From positions 1 to 64,000 of the forward strand of contig CAWALK010000024.1 of NCBI GenBank assembly GCA_963782915.1: 64,000 nt of DNA. The letters run 5' to 3'. A program made the position numbers and the translations under genes. The notes below the pieces were generated by a model. It made no database searches. It was not told the origin of the DNA and worked only from the letters and a program-made list of their open reading frames with translations. Numbering within the stretch: position 1 is the first letter of the stretch; each line of letters begins with the position of its first letter. Positions 52,923-63,122 of the stretch are shown piece by piece. The stretch is from an uncultured archaeon. Its GTDB lineage: Archaea > Thermoproteota > Bathyarchaeia > Bathyarchaeales > Bathycorpusculaceae.

Positions 52923-54832
52923 TTAACCGTGGAACTGGGGACGCTTGGAGAGGTACAGTGGCAGCGGCAGAGCTTTAAACGGTTTACCAGCGATTTTCTC
53001 GGAGACTTTTGCGATGAGTTGCTCGGCGGTGAGGGTTTCCTGTTTGCCCTTCTCTTCACGGACACGAACCGATAGGGTGCCTGACTCGATTTCTTTGTCG
53101 CCTACAACGATGATGTAGGGAACCCATTCCTGTTCAGCTTCCCGGATCTTCTTTTGCAGAGTTGAGGAGGAATCGTCGATGTCTACACGGATGTTATGAG
53201 CAGCGATTTGCTGGGCGAGGGCTTCGAGTTTGTCGAGGAATTTGTCGGAAATCGGAATCAAACGTACCTGAGTGGGTGAGAGCCAGAGAGGCAGCATGGG
53301 TGCTTTGCCCGTCATTTGTTCACGGTAAGCCTTCTCCAAGAGCGCATAGATGTCTCGTTCGAGTGCGCCGCTTGGGCTACAGTGCAAGATAAGCGGGTAC
53401 TGTTTTTCGCCTTTCTCATCAACGAAAGTAATCTCATAGCGTTTGGCGTTTTCAACATCAATTTGGTCAGTTGATTAGAGCTGCAGCTTTGTCTTGGTTA
53501 TCCACAAAGTTAAGGTCCCATTTCAAAGCGAAGTAGAAGAAGCGTTCATTCCACACTTCAGCTAAGAAGGGTTTACCGAATTTCTGTGTAATGCTTGCGA
53601 TGAAGTCCTTGTTTTCGGCATAGAAGTCTTTGGTGAAGCGCATGGCGATTTCGTAGTCGTCTTTGACTAAGCCAATGTCTTCGAGTACGCTGATGCATAG
53701 GTCGAAGCGTATCATGAATTCTTTTTTGGCTTGTTCGAGGTCAGCGCAGAAGGCGTGGCAGTCTGGCATAGTGAATGCGCGAAGACGTTTTAAGCCGACG
53801 ACTTCGCCGCTTTTCTCCCGTCGGAAGCTGTAGCGGGTTAATTCGTAGAGTTTAACTGGCATCTGCTTGTAGCTGAATTGTGCGTCGTGTGCCATGAGGA
53901 ACTGGCCAAAGCACGCGGCGAATCGTAGGAAGAGTTCTTTGTCTTCTGATTTGAGGACGTATTGGCGTGCTGGGAAACGGTTCAGGTAACTTGCGAGGCT
54001 GGGGTGGTGGAAGTCATACATGATTGGAGTTTCAACTTCCATACCGCCATATTGAGCAACACGAAGACTCACGTATTGTTCGAGGAGCGATTTTATCATG
54101 CGTCCTTTGGGGTACCAGCGGATGTTGCCTGGGTCACTGCCTGGTTCATAATCGGCAATTTCAAGGCGCTTCATCAATGGCACATGAGGCGGCATTTGGG
54201 TGACTGCGCGGGTTTTTTTGATTTCGTATTGGCTGAATTTTTGGAGGTTTGATTTTCCCTTAAACTTGTAATCTTCAATGGGAACTAAGGAGCCGTCAAC
54301 TTCGAGGATGTGCCAGTAGGATTTCATGGTGTCTTCGGCTTTCAGTGCTGCGGAGACTGGTTCTTCTTCTTTTTTGGCTTCACATGGAGCGCCAGGTTGC
54401 TGCCACAGTTGCTGCTTGTGCTGTTGGGGCGTAGCTGCGGGCTTGCTCAGCCAACGGGTGACCTTTGATGGAGATGGTGAATTGTTTGTTCCAGCCGAAT
54501 GGTGCACGGAAGGTTTCTATGCCTTTTGTTTTGGCGTAGGCTTCCATGTCTTTGATGATTGCGAGTGCCTGTGATGGTTGGGAGAGGTTGCTGCTTAGGT
54601 GCGCGAATGGGTAGATGAGGATTCGGTTAGCTTTGAGTTTACCCAAAAATGCGCGTACGTCATCGATGGCTTTCTGTGCCATGGCGCTGTTGTCGCCTTC
54701 TTCGATGGCGGTGAATAAAACTACAACGTCTTCTACGCGGCTTTCTTCTTTGGCTGCTTCTTCAGCTATGTTGATTTCTTTTTCGATTGGTTTGAAAACT
54801 ATAAAGTTAGAATGTAACTGTAAAATACGCAT
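52923..54832 (-). CDS. thrS: threonine--tRNA ligase, archaeal type (2 frameshifts)
   Basis: [46 protein letters not shown]. Confidence 0.95.
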
Positions 54833-54847
54833 GGACTTTATGCCTCT

Positions 54848-55054
54848 TTAGCCGTAGCGCCATTTGTCAAGGGTCTTATCTTTCTTGGTTTTCTTCTTGA
54901 ATTCCTTGTAGTGCTCTTTGCAGATGTATGCGCGTTTCTCTGCAGTGTTAACACTTAGTCCTGCAGCTTTGCATTTGTCAGTTGTTATTGAACGGGCTGC
55001 TTCATTCTTGCAACCTGATACGTTGCATGTTACGCCTTTATCGATACGACCCAA
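54848..55054 (-). CDS. small conserved Zn-binding protein
   Basis: TTG start; GRIDKG..C.V.GC...A.RS..Y.C..HYKE.KK. Confidence 0.75.
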   Translation of the reverse strand: MGRIDKGVTCNVSGCKNEAARSITTDKCKAAGLSVNTAEKRAYICKEHYKEFKKKTKKDKTLDKWRYG

Positions 55055-55097
55055 ACAAGTCACGCTCACTTTACTATTTTATTACGCTATATTGTTA

Positions 55098-56057
55098 CTA
55101 TTGCTTAAGTTCCTTTTCATACAGTACGTTAGCTCTCCGATAAATCTCTTCTTTTTTCCCGAAGTAAGTTGGCCCAATAGACTCAACAACCAACGAAGCA
55201 GCAGCGGAGCCAACGGCTGCACACCAAAGCGACTCCTTCTGGCGAATGTATTCTGTTAAGAAGCCACCGATAAAAACGTCTCCTGCGCCAGTGGGATCAA
55301 CGAGCACTTCTGAGGGGCAAGCTGCAACATTGTATTGTGCGCCTTCTACAGATAGCACGGAGCCTTTTTCGCCCATGGTTACGATGACTGTTTCTACGCC
55401 TACATCATGGATTGCCCTTATTGCATGTTTAAGGTCTGATTCTCCTGTTAGGGCAAAAATTTCGTGTTGTGAGGACTTGTAAATGTTGATGAGGCTGAAT
55501 ATGTTGTTGTCTACTTCGGCGGCGTTTTCGAATACATGTCCGTGTTCGTCAAAGCTTCGTGTTAATCCTTGGGGGTCAAGTGATAGGATGTCAGCGGATT
55601 GTTTGAGTTGTTCAGCTACTTCATAGGGGATTTCGTTAGCGATGGGTGCTAGATGAATGGCTTTAGCATGGAAGTCTTTAGGCAAATCTTCCAGGGTTAG
55701 AGGTAAGCCTTTGCTTTTGAGTTTGAGAGTTCTGTCGATGAAGCCCTCTGTATAGGTTAATTCGAAACCTGTAGTTGGCTCATCGAGGTGTCGGGTGACT
55801 CCTGAGATGTCGATGCCTTCCTGCTCCAGCCACCATAGGTATGCTTGGGGAAAATTTGCGCCGACTCTAGAAATGACACTGGCGGATGCATCCAAGTTTT
55901 TTGCGGCAAACGAAGTGTATGTTGTTGCGCCGCCTAAAACTACGAACGGTGATTTTCGGGTAGGCAATACTAATGTGTCAACTGAGAAGTGTCCTACCAC
56001 TGCTACATCGAAGCTTGTTGCCGCCATCTCTCTAATCCATGTTTGAATATTAGGCAT
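55098..56057 (-). CDS. PfkB family carbohydrate kinase
   Basis: GG...Y, LDPQG, VT.G.KG, DPTGAGD.F.GG. Confidence 0.9.
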   Translation of the reverse strand: MPNIQTWIREMAATSFDVAVVGHFSVDTLVLPTRKSPFVVLGGATTYTSFAAKNLDASASVISRVGANFPQAYLWWLEQEGIDISGVTRHLDEPTTGFELTYTEGFIDRTLKLKSKGLPLTLEDLPKDFHAKAIHLAPIANEIPYEVAEQLKQSADILSLDPQGLTRSFDEHGHVFENAAEVDNNIFSLINIYKSSQHEIFALTGESDLKHAIRAIHDVGVETVIVTMGEKGSVLSVEGAQYNVAACPSEVLVDPTGAGDVFIGGFLTEYIRQKESLWCAAVGSAAASLVVESIGPTYFGKKEEIYRRANVLYEKELKQ

Positions 56058-56135
56058 GTCCTATATAGAATTAGCCTATCACAGAGAAACACGATTAATT
56101 TGTTCTAGAATCTTTTTGAGGCTTAAAGAATTTTT

Positions 56136-56236
56136 ATGGTGGTATGCTGAGGCCCTGGAGAACGGAGAATTGCAACCTTTGATCACGAACATGTACTAAT
56201 CTGAAAGTGCAAACCAGAGCCTTCTCAGCCCACCAT
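56136..56236 (-). ncRNA. free-standing RNA closed by a canonical bulge-helix-bulge motif (predicted circular RNA precursor)
   Basis: AUGGUGG-GCUG-[AGA]-AGGCUCUGG...CCAGGGCCU-CAGC-[AUA]-CCACCAU. Confidence 0.7.
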
Positions 56237-56292
56237 TTTATCTTTCGATATTAACAAAAAAGGGAAAGGGATTGTTGTTTGATTTTGCGTGT

Positions 56293-58897
56293 TTACTTTT
56301 TGCGTTGCATCAGCATGTTTAACACGCCGACGATGATGATGACGACGATTATTGCTGCGACTCCTGGTAGGAAGTATTGGTCAGCGACGCTTGCTGGTGC
56401 TGCTGTTGGTGCTGCGGTTGCTTGTGGTGCTGCTGCGACTGTGAATGATGATACTGCCTCAGATGGCCAGTATGATTCACTGCCGCCGTATGAAGCGTAT
56501 ACGATATAGTCACCTGTGATGTCTGGGCTCCATGTGTAGGTGAAGTATCCTTCTGTTGTGCTTGTGGTTTGTCCGATGGTTCGGTAGTTGCCGTTTGCGT
56601 CAACAACGCTCAATGTCACTGGGACACCAGATGCGTTTGTTGGCTTTGGTTGTTGCATGTACACGTATGCCATCCATTCGGTTTGGCTTGCATCAGAGAC
56701 GCATCCAACTCCGTTGGGGAAACGTGCTGATCTGTCAGAGTCTGTTGTGCCTGCGGAAATGTCTGTGATAGTGCCGCTGAGGACTAAGGATTTGCCTGAG
56801 TCGACGCTTGTTTGTGGTGCACTAAGGGTGGTTTGTGTTGGGCCTTTGCCGTAGGTGTAGATTTGGCAGTCGTAGCTGTTCCATGCGACTAGGTATCCGT
56901 CTGCGATTGCGCTTGGTTCTCGACCGTAGTAGCCGAGTCCGCTCCAGACTAATTGGCCGTTGGTGCAGTTTATGGCTAGTTTGTGTGCATCAGAGAAGAT
57001 TGGTGGGTCATACATGCGACCTTCTGAGAGGAACAGTTTGCCATCAGCTATGCTATGTGACCCGAAGTGCCATATTGGATAGACACCGTATGGTGTGTTG
57101 TATCCTGCTTCTCGGGGCATATAGGTCCAGTTGAGGGTTCCACTTGCTAAGTTGATTGCATTTACGTATCCACCGAAGTCCCAAATGTATGCTAAACCAT
57201 ATGCAATGGCTCCGCCTCTTGAGAGGGTGCTCAATGCGCTGCCGACTAATTGTACTCCTGAGCCGACTTGTGCACCTGTGTTTATGTTGTAGACGTATGC
57301 TGTGTTGGTGTCTTTGTCTTGTTCAACGTAGTAACCGTCGCCTGCACAGAGGACGCTGACTTCATGGTAGATTGGGGTTGTTCTGTTAACTGGGCCCCAT
57401 ATTACTGCGCCTGTTCGTGCGTTCATGCCGACTTCGATTTCTGATGAGTTCACCGAATTCGGATGCGAAGGTTGCCATAGTTTGACCGTAAGATCTCAGA
57501 ACTATTACGTTGTTGGTTCTTGCTGCAATGTTTAGTTGTGGGTTTTTGAGTGTAGCTGTTACGCTGCTTAGGTCAGTAATGTTGACTCCGTTGATGGTTG
57601 CTGGAATCGGTTTTGACCATTGGTAACCACGAGTGTAGTTGATGTTGCCTGATGGGCGGATTGTTGAGCCACCTGATGGACCTGCTAAGCAGAGAGTTGA
57701 ATTCCACATTGTCAAAGTGAGGTTTGGATATGTGCCGTTTATTGTGTGAATATAGACTGCGCCTTGTGTGCTTTCATCGTCTGTTTCAACTAAGCCTGAG
57801 GCTACTGTGTTAGGAACGCTTGTGATGTTGGCAATGAAGTATCCAGTCATTGGGTCATAGAGATGCCATACGTTATAGGCAGTTGCGCCTGTGCCGACGC
57901 TTGGACCGATTGCAACTAGGAACGCTTGTGTTCCGTATTCCTGTATAGTGTGGAATTGCATGTTCCAACCGTAGACTAATGTATCGTTGGTTTCTTTTGT
58001 CCAGAGTGTTTGTCCTGTGCGTAAATCAACTGCTGCCCAACCTGGGGTTCCGCCTGGACTTGTGACTGTTGTTGGTACGTTGGGGTATAGTTTGTAGTAG
58101 ATAATGCCGTTCATGATGATGGGTTCGAATTGTCTGTACAGAATTGAGGTTGAGGTGTACTGGCTTTCTTGGTCGCCGCTGATTGGACCGCCAACTTGTC
58201 CACCGAAGGCTGTTGGCTTAACCCACATAATGTGAGCTGAGTTTGGCGCTTCAGTGTATGGGTTGAAGTTGTTACCAGTTGCGTCGTAGCCGCCGGTGTC
58301 AGTGAAAGACGGTTTGCCAAGACCCCACCAGTTACCGCCAAGCTGTGACCAGAGATAGTTGGTTGCATAGATTGGACGCGACCAGTATTCTGTAGGAAGC
58401 GGAACTAATGGTTTACCTTGGATTTGGTCTTGTTGTACTGCAAAGGTGATTGCTTCGCTCTGGGTTGGAAGGATATTGTATGTGAGTGTTACGCCTGAAC
58501 TTGTGCCGCTGATTGTTTGTCCTTTGTAAAATGCTTGTACCGTGTAGTTGCCGGTTGTGTCGGGGGTGAATTCGATTCCGCCGACTCCGCCGGTTGTGTC
58601 GCTGACGTATGGTCCGAGGGTTGTGTTTGTTCCGTCTGGTTTAACGATGTTGAGGGATAATCCTGTGTATGTGCTGGCTCCGCCGGATGAGCCGACGATT
58701 GGGATTGGTTTAGTGAAGAATAGGCTGATGTAGACGACTTGTCCTACGCCCGTTGGGTTTGGTTCAGCGTAGACTTTCAGGTATACTGGCATGTCTGACG
58801 CTGCTGCCGCGGGTGCGATTTGCGATATTTGTATCATCGTGGGGATTGTTAATACGACTAAAAGAATCATCGCTATCAAAGTTTTTGTCTTTTGCAT
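56293..58897 (-). CDS. secreted PQQ-like beta-propeller surface protein, paralog 3 (1 frameshift near 57445)
   Basis: PNP.GVGQ, LPTEYWSRPI, AVDLRTGQTLW, RFPNGV..VSD.SQ..WM.YVYMQ, C-terminal TM + RKK. Confidence 0.87.
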
Positions 58898-59053
58898 TTT
58901 TTTCTTTCTCCTCATAATTAGGAAGCGAAAATGCTTCCTTCCTCTTTTTCATCTGGTTCTGCTAATAAAACCGCGCAGCAACACTGCGTTGTGACAACCC
59001 TTAAATTCTCCAGACCCCATCAGGGTGCAACTATTTATAAGGAGATAAGTGGA

Positions 59054-59866
59054 TTGCCAATTCAAGAAGAAGGAATTCGACTTCTAACACAAATGGGATT
59101 CACTGAAGCACAAGCAAAACTATACTTAGCCCTTATCATTACGGGAAAAACAGACGTTAAAACCCTCGCTAAGCAGGCAGTTGTTCCCCGACAAGCAGTT
59201 TACAGGACGCTTGGGGAATTGCATGAAAAAGGAATTGTTGAACGCATAATCTCTTTGCCACAAGAATACAAGGCGATTCCCCTGCAAGACGGCTTAGAAA
59301 TTATGATTGCTGAAAAAGCAAACGACTACACAAAAATTTTGGAACAAGCCAAAGAGTTTTTGTTTAAATTTGAAGCGCAGCAAGAGCAACTGATTTTCGA
59401 AAATGATTATAATATCTCCATCGTTGAAGGAAAAGAGACGATAGTTAAAAGAACCAAAAACATCACCGATAACCTCCAACACAACGTTTGTCTCTGCAGC
59501 ACCGCGCAACGTTGGATTCATATGAATCTTGAAATTATAGAAAACGTCAAAGAAGCATTAGGCAGAGGAGTTAAGTACCACATGGTTTTAGAGAATTCGA
59601 ACGGTGAAATCTGTTTTCCAAAAGAATTCAAACCCATGCTGTCACATCCAAACTATGAGGTAAGGATGGTGCGCAATAAACTAAAAATAAACGCTGCAAT
59701 CTTCGACGATAAAGAAGCCAGCTTCAGCTTCTACCCATCCAAATCCCTCTCCGAATCACCCATGATATGGACAAATCACCCCAGTTTACTGGTAGGATTC
59801 CAAGACCATTTTACGAATGTTTGGCGTGATAGCGAAAAAGTAGATATGAAAGATAAATTCAAGTAA
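59054..59866 (+). CDS. TrmB family regulator
   Basis: MGFT..QAKLYLAL..VPRQ.VYRTL.EL..KGIV..P..Y.AIP; divergent from paralog 3. Confidence 0.88.
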   Translation: MPIQEEGIRLLTQMGFTEAQAKLYLALIITGKTDVKTLAKQAVVPRQAVYRTLGELHEKGIVERIISLPQEYKAIPLQDGLEIMIAEKANDYTKILEQAKEFLFKFEAQQEQLIFENDYNISIVEGKETIVKRTKNITDNLQHNVCLCSTAQRWIHMNLEIIENVKEALGRGVKYHMVLENSNGEICFPKEFKPMLSHPNYEVRMVRNKLKINAAIFDDKEASFSFYPSKSLSESPMIWTNHPSLLVGFQDHFTNVWRDSEKVDMKDKFK

Positions 59867-59914
59867 ACAAGAAACGCCCAGAAAGTTAATTAATCCATAA
59901 ACCCCCAAAAAGTT

Positions 59915-59979
59915 GGCTATGGCATTAGCCGTGGCAGTCGCCAGAACCGCAACCAAAACTGGATGCTGATAATGCCTAC
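59915..59979 (+). promoter_or_regulatory. fluoride (crcB-motif) riboswitch
   Basis: P1 GGCTA/TAGCC around TGGCAT; AACCGC..GCTGATAATGCCTAC with GGCAT/ATGCC pseudoknot; directly upstream of crcB. Confidence 0.9.
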
Positions 59980-60003
59980 CAATTAGAATGGATGGTAGAT
60001 GGT

Positions 60004-60396
60004 TTGAAGTGGCTAGAATTTGCGTTATTAGCGGTTGGCGCGGTTGTTGGAGCCTTACTTGCGGTATCGACTTGTGGAGTCCCCTGTTGCAATTTATGGG
60101 TTGCCAGTGAACGTTTTAATCGTTAACGTTTTAGGCAGCTTTATTTTAGGCTTATTCTCGATGTTGTCGGTTGGTTTCAATTTGGATTCCCAGTACTCGC
60201 CTGTCTAGTTGCAGTGGGTTTCTGCGGTTCCTTCACCACCATGTCCTCATTCGCGCTGGAAACTACTAATTTGCTTGAGGCAAACCGTTTTACACTGTTG
60301 GCACTTAACATTCTAGCGAACGTGGGCTTATCGCTCGGAGCCATAATTGGCGGTAGAGCGGTGGGTAACGTTTTATTGGAGAGGGTTGTGCGTTGA
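60004..60396 (+). CDS. crcB: fluoride channel Fluc/CrcB (frameshifted)
   Basis: GAVVGAL.RY, VNVLGSFILG, GFCGSFTTMSSF across frames. Confidence 0.9.
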
Positions 60397-60704
60397 AGCA
60401 GAAAATGTGGCAACTTATAATTCGCATTAAGAAGAATGATGAAGTCGGCGGCAAACGCTTAGAGAAGCTCATCATGGATTGCCTGATGAAGGCGCATATT
60501 GAAGGTGCAACGGTTTGGACTGGCGTAGACGGCTTTGGCAAACGAGGCAAATCCACCCTGCATCTGGAGGGTGTGTCTGTTAATATGCCACTGATAATTG
60601 AAGTGGTCGATAGCCAAGAGAAGTTGGAACCGCTGCTTCCTGAACTTAAATTGATTGTTGGCGATAACGGATTGGTAACCATCCAAGAAACCTATGTTAT
60701 CTAA
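60393..60704 (+). CDS. DUF190 (PII-like) protein
   Basis: GATV..G..GFG..P..IEVVD..GLVT; usual crcB partner. Confidence 0.9.
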   Translation: MKQKMWQLIIRIKKNDEVGGKRLEKLIMDCLMKAHIEGATVWTGVDGFGKRGKSTLHLEGVSVNMPLIIEVVDSQEKLEPLLPELKLIVGDNGLVTIQETYVI

Positions 60705-60789
60705 GTATTTCGATGTTGAAAACCACGCGACCTTTCGACAGTTGCTGGCACACCCTTGATCGGTAGATCAAAATTTGGGTGGATATCTG

Positions 60790-60904
60790 CTTTTTCTATA
60801 TTGGTTGTTGCCGTGGACCCCTCTTATTTCAACAACAACCAGCGGCGTATGCAGGCGATTGCTTTTGATGGCAAGAGACGGTGTTGGGTTGCAGGCGGGT
60901 TGTG
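60790..60904 (-). repeat. ~115-bp dispersed element, homologous to 39752-39866 (+)
   Basis: rc CACAACCCGCCTGCAACCCA..TGGTTGTTGTTGAAATAAGAGGGGTCCACGGCAACAAC. Confidence 0.6.
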
Positions 60905-60960
60905 CAAACTGCCACAAGTTGAACGAATTCTGTATTAAAGCCTCTACCTACCTCAGAGAC

Positions 60961-61048
60961 ACCTCCCCCTCCCTTATTTAAAGGACAAAAAGCCAACATA
61001 GATTAAGCGTTTGTTGCTCTGCACAGACCCCCTACCCTCTATATAAAA
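60961..61048 (-). repeat. two copies of the TATA-G-rich-GAGCAA repeat
   Basis: rc TTTATATAGAGGGTAGGGGGTCTGTGCAGAGCAACA and TTTAAATAAGGGAGGGGGAGG. Confidence 0.7.
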
Positions 61049-61091
61049 CAAAAAGCATCAAAATTACAGCTAACTTAGGTGTCACTCAGGA

Positions 61092-62027
61092 TTAGCCAAC
61101 TTCAAGCCAAACCGACTTAACCTTCTCTGCTGAAACGCAACCACAAAAACCAACACAGCCACAACAACCAAATAGGATAACAAAGGCAACTATCGACCAG
61201 TCTAACCCAATAGGGTTCTCAGTCACTGTATTCGGTTGCATGGGTGTCGCTGTTGGGCTCTGAGAAGGAGAAACTGATTCAGCAGGTATTGGAGTAGGGA
61301 AGGTATTCTGAGGCTCAGTGGAGTTTTGAGGCGTAAATACGGGCACAGTTGCCGACGGGGCTAAGTACTGGTCCGTTGAGGGTGAATAGGGATCGTTGGG
61401 TGTCGGAGGATCACTGACCACTACGGTTTGCGTGTTGCTCCAATCGCCGAATTCACCCGCAAAATAGTACCACTTGTCATCAGGTTGAATTTGACCAGAA
61501 ATAACCTGCACTTGAACGTCAAGCGTCGCCCCCTTTGGAACCCGCCAAGCCCCGGGAATCGTTATTTCACTGTAGGTATTCGCCGTTTGATTGGGAAAGC
61601 AGGTGCAGGAGGTCTCTTGTCGAGTGGAACGAATAGTCCGCCATAAGTGTTTGTAGTCCAACCATTCTCGGCAAATGGGTAATAGTCCCACTGAGATTCT
61701 GTCCCGTAAATCGCCTTTACTCTGAAGTTAAAGAAAACGCCAGATATGTTACCGCTTTGCTGTGGCGGAGAAGGGTAAGCCTGATTTTTGATGGTGAACT
61801 GTATGGAGCGGTTGTCAATGGTATATCCTTGTTGTAAAACTATGGTTTTTCCCGTGTACTGGTCGGTGCCATAGGTGGAGGGTACGTCATAGTTGAGGTT
61901 TAGGTATTTGGCGGTGAATTCTGGGGCAGACGGTTTAGCCATTGCAGATGACTATTTGAGTAGAGAGTAAACTTGACGCTACTAAGAAGATAAGGAGAAA
62001 AGAGCAACTCTTCTTAGTAGCTGTCAT
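61092..62027 (-). CDS. secreted membrane-anchored hypothetical protein (several frameshifts)
   Basis: Signal peptide, KPS.PEFT..D.YTG..N.SI...IKNQ, G..GDWSNTQT, P/T linker, C-terminal TM. Confidence 0.7.
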
Positions 62028-62158
62028 AATTAAGGTTGGATTGGGCTGTGAATTAAAGGGTTCTTGTATAGGTTTCTTGACTAAGGCTTGTCTACAAATG
62101 TGGACTAAACTGTAAAGATAATTGTTTAAATAGGAAAATTAGGGGTTGGAAAGAAATT

Positions 62159-62524
62159 TTATTGGAGCAGCAAAATTGCTTTTGCCAAATCGCCTTCAGC
62201 TTCGATAAGCGCTTCTTTTGCTTTATCTAAGCTTTTGCCTGTTTGGTCCGCGACAAGCTGTACGTCTTCTTCGGTGAATGCTGGCTTAGCAGGTGCACCC
62301 AATGCGCCTCGGGCTGATGGGGCTTGTTCGCTGACTTGTCCGCCGATGACTTGATACATTTTCTGTCCCTGAACACCCAAAATCGCCACTTCAGGTTCAT
62401 CAATAACTATGTCTTTGGTTGCAGTTCGAATGATGACTTGCTGGACATCTTCAACGCTGTCCATGTTCATGCCCATGCGTTGCATCATGCGTTTTTGCTC
62501 TCGGGGATTCATGCGTTTATGCAT
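62159..62524 (-). CDS. nac: nascent polypeptide-associated complex protein
   Basis: NPRE.KRMMQRMG, EEDV.LVA.QTG, GDLAKAILLL. Confidence 0.93.
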   Translation of the reverse strand: MHKRMNPREQKRMMQRMGMNMDSVEDVQQVIIRTATKDIVIDEPEVAILGVQGQKMYQVIGGQVSEQAPSARGALGAPAKPAFTEEDVQLVADQTGKSLDKAKEALIEAEGDLAKAILLLQ

Positions 62525-62568
62525 ACTGTTCTACCTTTAACCTTATTCTGCGTTAGAAGTTGATATAC

Positions 62569-63036
62569 TTAACTTTCTTTGGTGCCGTGTCTGGTCTTAA
62601 CGGCGGCGCCGGTTTTGAAAGCCCTGATTTCGCCGCTGCTAAGCAGGGTGCGTCCGACTGCTAAGACTTGGTGGTCTTCGTCTATGGCGATGACTTCGTC
62701 TTTTGCGCCGACTTCATCATCAACTTTAACGACGTGTACTGCGAAGACGTCTCCGCCTTTTGCGATGTAGGAGGCTACTTCGTTTTTGACGGTGACGAAG
62801 CATTTAGCTTCAGGAATATTCTGTGCCATGCACTCCGCAGCTTTGAGGCTCAAAGATAGCAATCCGTCGGTTGGGCGCAGTGTGGCTAGGCGTTCGCCGT
62901 TTAGGTTAATGTAGCGTATTCTGCCTGTACGGGGCGACAGCTGAATAGTGATGTCTTCTGGGAACAGTTTTGCGCCTACGCCTTTGCCGAATTGGTAATC
63001 TGCAATGCTTCTTACGCGGTCTTTTGCATTCTCCAT
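62569..63036 (-). CDS. PUA-domain protein (ArcTGT C-terminal-like)
   Basis: IADYQFG.G, TG.IR, G.DVFA.HV, G.AVK.R. Confidence 0.85.
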   Translation of the reverse strand: MENAKDRVRSIADYQFGKGVGAKLFPEDITIQLSPRTGRIRYINLNGERLATLRPTDGLLSLSLKAAECMAQNIPEAKCFVTVKNEVASYIAKGGDVFAVHVVKVDDEVGAKDEVIAIDEDHQVLAVGRTLLSSGEIRAFKTGAAVKTRHGTKES

Positions 63037-63122
63037 GGCTCAATCATACCGTAACTTTTTAGTTGATTCGACAAGTATAAACAGTACAACATTATAAAGT
63101 CACTGAAAGGTGTACAGTTAAT

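Noticed and set aside
56136-56236. Permuted or intron-containing tRNA, or TPP riboswitch
   Set aside because: No T-loop (GUUCRA), D-arm or U33 anticodon loop in either splice product; only GCUGAGA matches TPP.
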